From: a virus
Taxonomy: Duplodnaviria > Caudoviricetes
Virus record (IMG/VR): IMGVR_UViG_2872728642_000001
Location: 1 to 64,000 of that record
Strand: one strand, 5' to 3'
DNA length: 64,000 nucleotides
Position numbers and translations under genes: made by a program. Each line of letters starts with the position of its first letter. The stretch's first letter is position 1. Positions 1-7,394 of the stretch are shown here, in pieces. The notes under the pieces are model-generated. The model searched no databases and had not been told where the DNA came from. It saw only the letters and a program-made list of their open reading frames with translations.

Positions 1-504
1 ATGAGATGCATCTCTGTGGACTACGGCGGCACACTCTCTGCCCCGAACACACACGTCGATCCCGTGCTCGGGCAAAGGCCCGTGGACCCCCGCGCGATTA
101 TCGCGGTGCGCGAGCTGCACGATCTTGACTATGCCCTGGCCTTGTCCAGCAACAATAGGCCGGGCCAGGATCGCTCGCTTGCGCTACGGCAAGCCGGGAT
201 CGAGGACATGTTCGATGCGGTGGTGACGTCGGAGGAGGTCGGAGTCGGCAAACCTGCTCGGGAGTTCTATCGCAGGGTGATCGCCACGTTTGGCGTGCCA
301 CCAGACCAGGTGATGTCGGTCGGCAACAACCTCACCAACGACGTCGTGGGGGCGCTCCAGTACGGGTTTGGGGGCGCTGTACTGATACGCCACGACGGCG
401 CTCTACGTACGGGCGAAGTCCTGCCGGCGGGCGCCGTGATGATCACGCACATTGATGAGCTTGCCGACCTTCTGAGGAGGTCACCGTGGCCGCTGCGACC
501 ATGA
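1..504 (+). CDS. HAD-superfamily hydrolase (atypical motifs)
   Basis: Motif I-like DYGGTL, motif III GKP, motif IV-like VGNNLTND. ATGA overlap with the next gene. May extend beyond the window edge. Confidence 0.7.
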   Translation: MRCISVDYGGTLSAPNTHVDPVLGQRPVDPRAIIAVRELHDLDYALALSSNNRPGQDRSLALRQAGIEDMFDAVVTSEEVGVGKPAREFYRRVIATFGVPPDQVMSVGNNLTNDVVGALQYGFGGAVLIRHDGALRTGEVLPAGAVMITHIDELADLLRRSPWPLRP

Positions 505-1256
505 TTCGGGTAGGCACCTACAACCTGAAAGAGGGCGGCCTCGACGACGACGGCCGCGATGACTCCCGGCTCCGGCGGCAGGTTGAGATGCTGGCCGGCC
601 TCGATCTTCACGCCCTGGCGCTCCAGGAACTCAAGAACTTTCACATGAACGGGTGGCGGCGGCTCTGGCAAATCGAACAGGCCCTGGGCATGCGGGCCTG
701 GGCCGTGTCTAGTGCCCACCACGGCTGTCACCTGGCCTGGCTCGTCCGGGACCCCATCAGGGTCATCGAGGAACGCCATGACCAGGCGGGAACCTGGTGG
801 CACGCTCTCTGCGGTCTACTGGTGGAGGTCGCAGGTACGGAAGCTGTCCTGGGTAACGTCCACTTCGCGCCATCCTCACCAGACGAGCGGCGGGGAGAGG
901 CCGAGGCGTGCAGTCTGCTCTCCCAACGCGGGCGTCCAACGATCTTGTGCGGGGACATGAACGCCTTCTCCATCACGGACACGCTTCCGCCAAGCTGCAA
1001 TTCACAGCCCTTGAAGGTGCGCAAGAAGCTCGACCGGAGTCCAGCGGTCGAGTTGGAGGAAGCGGGCCTCCGCGACATGGGTGCACTGCTGGGCGATATC
1101 GTCCCGACCGTCAGCCGTCCCCTCCCTTACAGGTGTGACCGCATCCACACCAACCTGCCGCGGGAAGCGCTCATCAGCCACCACGTCGTCCAGGAGGACG
1201 AGCCGCTGTCTGACCATCGCCCCGTCGTGGGTGAAATGGAAATCGTCATGCCATGA
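501..1256 (+). CDS. Endonuclease/exonuclease/phosphatase (EEP) family protein
   Basis: TYNL, LQEL, GNVHF, CGDMN, RCDRI and SDHRPV motifs of the DNase I-like fold. ATG at 501 overlaps the HAD stop. Confidence 0.8.
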   Translation: MIRVGTYNLKEGGLDDDGRDDSRLRRQVEMLAGLDLHALALQELKNFHMNGWRRLWQIEQALGMRAWAVSSAHHGCHLAWLVRDPIRVIEERHDQAGTWWHALCGLLVEVAGTEAVLGNVHFAPSSPDERRGEAEACSLLSQRGRPTILCGDMNAFSITDTLPPSCNSQPLKVRKKLDRSPAVELEEAGLRDMGALLGDIVPTVSRPLPYRCDRIHTNLPREALISHHVVQEDEPLSDHRPVVGEMEIVMP

Positions 1257-1290
1257 ACGATGCACCTGCTACAGGGTGAAAAGCGAAAAG

Positions 1291-1326
1291 GCGCCCCGCT
1301 CCTCCCATCTGGGAGGAGCGGGGCGC
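1291..1326. terminator. Intrinsic terminator between convergent units
   Basis: GCGCCCCGCTCCTCCCA-TC-TGGGAGGAGCGGGGCGC perfect stem. The adjacent AAAAG runs give a U-tract on the - strand. Confidence 0.8.
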
Positions 1327-1344
1327 ATTCGTCAACGGCAAGAC

Positions 1345-1605
1345 CTATCGCTGGTCGGCCGGGATGTCAGGCCGCGGAGTGTGCTGGGCCTTGAAGCCGG
1401 CCACGGCCGCCAGAGCGGTCGGGACCAGCGGGAGCGCGATCGCCTCGATCCAGTCGGGAAGGAACGCGATCATGGACGGGTCGTCGGCGACCGCCTGCAG
1501 CACCGCCATACCGGCGACACCAGCGAGGTAGGCCGTCAGGCCCATGGCCTTAACCTTGGCCTCGACGGGCGGCTTGGAGTAGGTGATCTGGGGATCTGCG
1601 TGCAT
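1345..1605 (-). CDS. Putative holin
   Basis: 86 aa, two hydrophobic segments, VEAKVKA motif, AAGGAG RBS, last gene of the lysis cassette. Confidence 0.6.
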   Translation of the reverse strand: MHADPQITYSKPPVEAKVKAMGLTAYLAGVAGMAVLQAVADDPSMIAFLPDWIEAIALPLVPTALAAVAGFKAQHTPRPDIPADQR

Positions 1606-1658
1606 AGCCCCTCCTTCGGGACAGCCCGCCACCTGGGCGAGAAGCTTCAACGGGAAGA

Positions 1659-1955
1659 TCAAGCGCGGGTCGGCCACGACCACTGGCCGTGGTCGGTGCC
1701 CTGGGAGCGCGACGTGGCCCAGTAGCTGTGGTTGCCGTCGAGGAACACCTGGAGGTTGACGGCGGACCCGCTGCCCTCGTAGGTGCGAGTGATGATCGCC
1801 GGGAGGACGTCGCCGAGCTTGGCGGGAGAGCGGATGACGCTCTGGCCGCCGAACGACTGCATCGACTCCAGGTTGATCATGGAGACGTCATGGCCGGACA
1901 GCTTGTAGTGAACGATCCGGCCGATCGTCGGCGCGGTCTCAGTAGGCGTGGACAT
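1659..1955 (-). CDS. Conserved phage hypothetical (PTIGRIVHY...VNLQVF...W-WP family)
   Basis: GGAGG RBS upstream of the ATG at 1955. Resembles 21854-22117. Confidence 0.65.
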   Translation of the reverse strand: MSTPTETAPTIGRIVHYKLSGHDVSMINLESMQSFGGQSVIRSPAKLGDVLPAIITRTYEGSGSAVNLQVFLDGNHSYWATSRSQGTDHGQWSWPTRA

Positions 1956-1972
1956 GGAAATGCCTCCTGTCA

Positions 1973-1992
1973 GAAGCGGAATCGCTTTTAGC
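1973..1992. promoter_or_regulatory. Dispersed 21-bp motif, copy 1
   Basis: GAAGCGGAATCGCTTTTAGC; contains the endolysin TAA stop. Confidence 0.6.
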
Positions 1993-2950
1993 GTTGGAAC
2001 ATAGCGATCTTGGCCATGGTCACCTTCTCGACCACCGCCGCGGCGTCGGTCGGGTTGATGATCCGCAGCCGGAGCTGGTGCTTGGTGTTGAGCGCGAACT
2101 GACCGCCCACGGACTGCTCCACCCGGCCGTTGGCGTCGGCGCGGAACGACAGCCGCCAGGCGTCGTCGTCGAACGTCTTGCCGTCCCGCGAGTAGCGCGA
2201 CCAGGCCACGTCGATCTCCGTGCCCGGCTTCAGGCCGCGGACCTTGACCAGGCCGTCCACGATGCACCAGCGAGACGCCTTGGCCAGGACCGCGACTCCG
2301 TCCGCGTTGTGGCCGGGCGGATCGTCCGCGTACTCCGTGTGCCAGCGCACCGCCAGCTCGCCGCTGGCCGGGACGTCCTGGTCCTCACCGGCCCCCAGAG
2401 AGATCACCTCGGGCACGTCTTCCTCCTGCTTGATGGGCGTTCCGGGGTTCTTGATCAGCGCAGTCACCTGCGACCGGAACGAGTTCATGTTGATCGAGTG
2501 GGGGTCCACCTTGCCGGTGTTGACCTCCTTGTGGCCCTTGATCCTGTCCGCCGACAGGCCGAACTCGCGGCACAGCTCGGCGCACAGCGCGTGATAGGCG
2601 TCGAGCTGCACCTGCGGCCACGGCATGCGGCCGTCGTTCTCGGCCTCGATGCCGATGCTCGTGGAGTTCATGTGGTGGGAGCTGGTGGACGGCGCATTGT
2701 GCCAGCACCGCCCGGCGGCGACGACCCAGATCCGGCCGGTGTGCTGCAGCCAGATGTGGCTGAGCGGCCCGTCCAGGCCCGGCCTGCCGTTCACCACGAC
2801 GTGCCGATCATTGAACCCGGCGGTGTGGTGGCACACGACTCCCTCTACGGAGCCCTGCGGCCCGTGGCCACGGGTCTTCCACCCGCCGACCTCCGTCACC
2901 GGGAAGCCGGTCTTCTGCGCGACCTCCGCGAGCTGCGTCAGCCATGGCAT
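1988..2950 (-). CDS. Endolysin, N-acetylmuramoyl-L-alanine amidase (Amidase_2-like) with C-terminal domain
   Basis: VVCHHTAG, WHNA, SIGIEAEN, GHKE and KVDP zinc-amidase motifs. Confidence 0.88.
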   Translation of the reverse strand: MPWLTQLAEVAQKTGFPVTEVGGWKTRGHGPQGSVEGVVCHHTAGFNDRHVVVNGRPGLDGPLSHIWLQHTGRIWVVAAGRCWHNAPSTSSHHMNSTSIGIEAENDGRMPWPQVQLDAYHALCAELCREFGLSADRIKGHKEVNTGKVDPHSINMNSFRSQVTALIKNPGTPIKQEEDVPEVISLGAGEDQDVPASGELAVRWHTEYADDPPGHNADGVAVLAKASRWCIVDGLVKVRGLKPGTEIDVAWSRYSRDGKTFDDDAWRLSFRADANGRVEQSVGGQFALNTKHQLRLRIINPTDAAAVVEKVTMAKIAMFQR

Positions 2951-2978
2951 GGCGTTCTCCTTGGTTGGTTGCGGCTGG

Positions 2979-3317
2979 TCAGCCGCGAGTGAGCTGGATG
3001 AGCGCGATCACCGCGCCCGCCACGGCAACCAGCACAGTTACGACGGCGATGATCTGCCTGGTTCGGTCCGCGAGCTGGGACCGTGTCACGGCCTCCCGCT
3101 CCACCGTGTCCAGACGGGCCTCCAACGCGGCGTACCGAAGCTCAGCCGCAGCGCGGTCCTGCTCAACCTGTCGCGCCAACTCGGCATGCCGGTCGTCCAC
3201 CTGGTCCAAGCGCTGAAGGATCAGCGCGGTGCTGCCGTTCGTACGCTCGAATCCCACCTCGACCAGGCGGCGCAGCGTCTCCAGCGCGAGTGCCAGGTTC
3301 GGCGACTCGTCGCTCAC
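2979..3317 (-). CDS. Coiled-coil protein with C-terminal transmembrane helix (lysis cassette)
   Basis: Heptad-rich body, C-terminal IIAVVTVLVAVAGAVIALI, GTGA overlap. Confidence 0.6.
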   Translation of the reverse strand: MSDESPNLALALETLRRLVEVGFERTNGSTALILQRLDQVDDRHAELARQVEQDRAAAELRYAALEARLDTVEREAVTRSQLADRTRQIIAVVTVLVAVAGAVIALIQLTRG

Positions 3318-3979
3318 GTCACCACCTCGTTGGGCTTCATGCCCACGAACGTGGCCGGAGGCTTAACGAAGAACGAGGGCCGAGCCGGGTCCTCCGACGT
3401 CGCCCGAACCCAGTCGAGGAACGCGCGCTTGCCCGCCACACGGACCGGGTCGATCCGCGTCAGCTCCTTGATCGGGGCCAGCGGATCCACGGGCGCGATA
3501 CGGGAGGAGCCAACGTACTCCAGCGCCCCCTGCCGGTCCGTCTGCGGAGCGGCGGTAATGAGAAGTCTGTGCCGCTTCACAGCAGCGATGCGCGCGAGGC
3601 ACGCCTGGCGGCGGGTCTCATCGGCGACCCCCGGCGTAAACACGCCCGGCAGGCCGTAGGTCTCCTGCAGCACGGCCAGCGCCGCCGGGTCGTCGTGCAC
3701 CAGGGCGTCATTGCGGCTGGGCACAGCCCCTTCGTGCAGGATCACGTCCAGCAGCGTGGCCACGTCGTCCGGATCAAGCCCGTTCTCGGCGGCCCGCCAC
3801 TCGAACGCGGAGTGTGGAAAAGCCTGTACACCGTCCTCGCCAGCGGCGTTGACCAGGTAGATGCCCCACAAGGGTTCCGCTGCCCCGTCAGGGCTCCCGT
3901 CCGCGGCCTCCGCGCCTGGGCGCATGTAGGTGTGGCTGTACGCGAGTTCGGCATCCCACGTGGTCATGATCTGCGGCAC
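3314..3979 (-). CDS. Tail-tip accessory protein, copy 2 (paralog of 6920-7390)
   Basis: Shares W.I.L, P..A.E, DV.LH, R.A.L.R...KR and LAP....RIDPV with 6920-7390. Confidence 0.6.
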   Translation of the reverse strand: MPQIMTTWDAELAYSHTYMRPGAEAADGSPDGAAEPLWGIYLVNAAGEDGVQAFPHSAFEWRAAENGLDPDDVATLLDVILHEGAVPSRNDALVHDDPAALAVLQETYGLPGVFTPGVADETRRQACLARIAAVKRHRLLITAAPQTDRQGALEYVGSSRIAPVDPLAPIKELTRIDPVRVAGKRAFLDWVRATSEDPARPSFFVKPPATFVGMKPNEVVT

Positions 3980-3991
3980 TGTGTCCCCTGT

Positions 3992-6778
3992 TCAGTGTCG
4001 ATGGCTCCAGAAGTAGTACGCCTTGCTCGTGGTGGTGCTGCTCTTGGCCGTGAATCCGGTGTCGGACGACGCGATCACGCACCAGTAGGCGTTCGGGTTG
4101 AACGACGAGCTGCCGCTGTTACCAGCGGCCCCGTCGCGCATGGTGCAAACCGGCCCCATGTTGGAGGCCATCGTGGCGCCGTAGGTGAACGCCGCGAACT
4201 GGCCGGACCCGAACGTCACCGAGCCGGCGAAGACGCCCGCGGTGTTGCCCTGCTGGGTGTAGTCCCACCACTTCCCGACGTGCCTGGTCCTGCCGCTGTT
4301 GTCGAACCAGAAGTACTGCTCTCGGGCGGCGTCCTTGAAGTAGCCGTAGCGGGCGTACCCCTCGGCGATCTCCATCAGGCCGCCGTTCGGTGAGGACAGC
4401 GAGGAGTCCTTCACCTGCATCGACAAGAACCCGGCGGCGACCACCGTGGACGACGCCGCGGTCCGGCCTTGGTTCGTGCCGGAGGTGATCTCGAACGTCG
4501 CCTCGCCCGGAAACCAATCGTCGTAGGTTGCCAGGCTCGTGTAATTCGTGCCGCTACTCGGGTAGAACCGCATCTCCGGCACCGACGCGCCAGGAGGCTG
4601 CAAGTCGATGCGGCGGCCGGTCGCTGAGGTCCTGATGTTCGAGCCCGTGATGGTCTTACCGTCGATGGCCGTGGCCGCCAACTTGTTCGCCGTGATCGCC
4701 CCAGCGGCAACGGTGCCCGCTGTCACCGCGTTGGCCGCAATATGCCCGGCCTGGATAGCTCCCGCTGCGATCTTGTCGGCCTCGACGGCGTTGGCCTGGA
4801 TGTGCCCGGCCTGGATCGCGGATGCCTGAATCAGCCGGCCGGTGATGGTGTTGGCTGTTATCTTCGCGTCGCCGGGGATCGTGCCGTCGATGATGTGCTC
4901 GGCACCGTCGATGATCGCGCCGATCAAGTCGGTGTCCACCAGCGGCTGTGTCGCGATCACGGCGTGCTCAGACTCGGCCGACTCGTTGCCGCTCCGGTCC
5001 AGCGCGGTGAACCAGAACTCTCGGTCCGCCCCGTACGGCTGGCCGGGCACCACCACCGACCCGGCCGCGTCCAAGTGCCCGACCACGGCTGCCCCGGGCG
5101 CGAGCGGGTCCTGCATCCAGACCCGCATCACCGAGAAGTCGGACGGCATCGGGACATCGCCGACGCCCCGGCCGTCCCAGCCCACGTGGATCACTCCGAG
5201 GCGTGTCGTGAGCTGCGGCTGCGTCGGGACCGGCGGCGGTATCGCGTCGTCCGGGATGAGCCGCACCACCTGGCCGGAGAAGTCGCCCTTCATCCCGGCC
5301 GACGTCGCCCGCACCTTGAAGGCGTACTCGGTGCCCACCACGAGCGGGGAGAACGTCGCCGTCGTCTCGTCGGTCACGGCGATCTGCATCCACAGCGACC
5401 CAGCGGTGTTGACCCGGGCGTACAGCTCGTAGCCGTCGATGGACAACGCGACGCCCGCGACGTCGGAGTTGACCGCCGCCCAGCTCGCCGTCACCTGGCC
5501 TCGGGCGAACCCGTTCTCGTCCAGGTAGGCGACCGGATCAACGACGAGACCCTGCGGCGCGGCCGGGGTCCGGTTGTTCGTCTCCGGAGCCGGCTCACCA
5601 CCAGAACCGCCCGACCCCACCCCGCCGTCGAGAATCCCGGCGGCTTGCCTGGCCAACCTGATCTCGCGCTCCAGGAAACGATCGTTCAAGACGACGTTGC
5701 CACCGGCCTGACCGTCCGTGTCCACCGACAGAGTGATCTGCCTCAGCCGAAGGGACTCCATCGCCCCGCCGTCGCCCGGCGCGAGCACATAGTCCCCCGG
5801 CTGGTAGTGCTCGAACGGCAGCCACCGCGCGCGGTCGAACATCAGGCCGCGGGTGACCTGCACCCGTTCGCGGGCGACCCGCTCCAGGGCGTTCTCGCCC
5901 AGCAGCCTCGCCGTGCCCACATCCGAGACGCCGCTCTGCGACTGGTAGGTCTCCCAGCGACCCCACGGTGCGACGGCGGCCTCGTTGGTCACCTCGACCG
6001 ACAGGCCAGCCTCGCCGCCAATCAAGATAGCTGACACGGCGTCTTCCAGCGTCCCCGTGTCCGGAGCTTCGGTGACGTCACGGCCAAGCCGCAGGTCAAC
6101 CGGTGCTGGGCCGGACGCGCGGTCCTTGCCGAGCACCGTGTCCGGGTTGAACACCTGCAGCTCGCGGCCCTGCATCCGCCAGTCGAGCACGCCCTGCTCG
6201 CCCAAGTTGATCAGGACGCTGAGCAGGTCCTTGCCCGGCTCGATCGCCAGCGTCAGCGCCTTCGCCCACGCCTTCCCATCGCTGTCCTGCGACAGAGAGA
6301 AGTTGAATTCCAGGTGAGTCAGCGCGCCGCGCGCCTTCCCCTCCTGGATGAACGTCGCCAGGATCTCGCCCGACGACACCGCGTTGAACTGGCGCTTGCC
6401 GTCCACCATCGCGCTGTTCGGGTACAGCACGACCTTTCGCAACATCCACGCCCAGCCCGGCAGATCGTACGACCGGGAACCGGTACGATCCGTGCTGTCG
6501 CCGCTCCTCTTGATCCGCAGGAACCTCGCGTTAGGCGGCTCAACCCACGAGCCGCCGTTGGCTGCGTACTCCACCGCGACTTCGCAATGCCCCGCGATGA
6601 GGTCCGCGTTCAACCCGCCGTCCGGGTAGGTCACCTTGAGGCTGGGCACGTCGTTCAGTGGGTCGCCCAGCTCGAACCCGCTGTGCTGCGGCAGCACACC
6701 CAGCCGACCACCGTTCGGCGCGTACGCCGCCAGCCGTAGCGCGAACTCCACGGGTTCACCCGAGATGATCACCTGCAC
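3992..6778 (-). CDS. Minor tail / tail-tip protein (Tal-like N-terminus plus fibronectin-III-like domains), copy 2
   Basis: 928 aa after Dit/TMP. PAAPQGL...V.ASW...GYELY...Y.FKVRA FN3-like region and ITA..I.A repeats. Confidence 0.8.
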   Translation of the reverse strand: MQVIISGEPVEFALRLAAYAPNGGRLGVLPQHSGFELGDPLNDVPSLKVTYPDGGLNADLIAGHCEVAVEYAANGGSWVEPPNARFLRIKRSGDSTDRTGSRSYDLPGWAWMLRKVVLYPNSAMVDGKRQFNAVSSGEILATFIQEGKARGALTHLEFNFSLSQDSDGKAWAKALTLAIEPGKDLLSVLINLGEQGVLDWRMQGRELQVFNPDTVLGKDRASGPAPVDLRLGRDVTEAPDTGTLEDAVSAILIGGEAGLSVEVTNEAAVAPWGRWETYQSQSGVSDVGTARLLGENALERVARERVQVTRGLMFDRARWLPFEHYQPGDYVLAPGDGGAMESLRLRQITLSVDTDGQAGGNVVLNDRFLEREIRLARQAAGILDGGVGSGGSGGEPAPETNNRTPAAPQGLVVDPVAYLDENGFARGQVTASWAAVNSDVAGVALSIDGYELYARVNTAGSLWMQIAVTDETTATFSPLVVGTEYAFKVRATSAGMKGDFSGQVVRLIPDDAIPPPVPTQPQLTTRLGVIHVGWDGRGVGDVPMPSDFSVMRVWMQDPLAPGAAVVGHLDAAGSVVVPGQPYGADREFWFTALDRSGNESAESEHAVIATQPLVDTDLIGAIIDGAEHIIDGTIPGDAKITANTITGRLIQASAIQAGHIQANAVEADKIAAGAIQAGHIAANAVTAGTVAAGAITANKLAATAIDGKTITGSNIRTSATGRRIDLQPPGASVPEMRFYPSSGTNYTSLATYDDWFPGEATFEITSGTNQGRTAASSTVVAAGFLSMQVKDSSLSSPNGGLMEIAEGYARYGYFKDAAREQYFWFDNSGRTRHVGKWWDYTQQGNTAGVFAGSVTFGSGQFAAFTYGATMASNMGPVCTMRDGAAGNSGSSSFNPNAYWCVIASSDTGFTAKSSTTTSKAYYFWSHRH

Positions 6779-6920
6779 TGCTGGTCCCTCTCAAGTCGTT
6801 GATCTCGTCGCGCTGCTGATCGACCGCCGCCGACAGCACGGCGTTCTCGTACGTCAGCTCCTCGATACGGCGGCGCAGCACGGCGATAATCCGGCCCGGC
6901 TCGACCACCAGGTCCTCCAT
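6756..6920 (-). CDS. Small coiled-coil protein (54 aa, not in the ORF track)
   Basis: MEDLVVEPGRIIAVLRRRIEELTYENAVLSAAVDQQRDEINDL...; TGATG coupling to the upstream gene. Confidence 0.6.
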   Translation of the reverse strand: MEDLVVEPGRIIAVLRRRIEELTYENAVLSAAVDQQRDEINDLRGTSSAGDHLG

Positions 6921-7390
6921 CACGTCCCCGCCAACAGGAGCGCCCGCTGCTGCTCCAGTCGCGTGGCCGCAGCCTTCACCGGGTCGATCCTCACCCCTCG
7001 CAGCGGCGCGAGCACGTCAGCCGCCTTCCGCGCGGCCGCCGTACGAGCCTTCAGCACGGCTGTCGTGACGGTCGCGTGGTCGCGCTTGCACCGCTCGACC
7101 CGCTCCAGCACGGCGGCGCGGGCCTGCTCGCCGCTGAGCTGCCACGGGTTCGTTTCGGGCAGGTTCGGCTCGTAGATCGGGTGGACCGCGCGGTGCATCA
7201 GCACGTCGATCGCCTCGTCCGTCGAGGCCAGCGCGCACGCCACGGCGGTGGACTCGATCGCCACCTTCGGCAGGAACAGCCCGACCGTGACCCCATCGGT
7301 GGCGCGGGTCAGCGTGATCTCCCACGCCTCGACCCGCCCCGACTCGTCGGCCGTGTCGGTCACCTCCGTGACCTGCCATTCGTCCGGCAC
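6920..7390 (-). CDS. Tail-tip accessory protein, copy 1
   Basis: 156 aa directly after tail-tip copy 1; paralog of 3314-3979. Confidence 0.6.
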   Translation of the reverse strand: MPDEWQVTEVTDTADESGRVEAWEITLTRATDGVTVGLFLPKVAIESTAVACALASTDEAIDVLMHRAVHPIYEPNLPETNPWQLSGEQARAAVLERVERCKRDHATVTTAVLKARTAAARKAADVLAPLRGVRIDPVKAAATRLEQQRALLLAGT

Positions 7391-7394
7391 CGCG

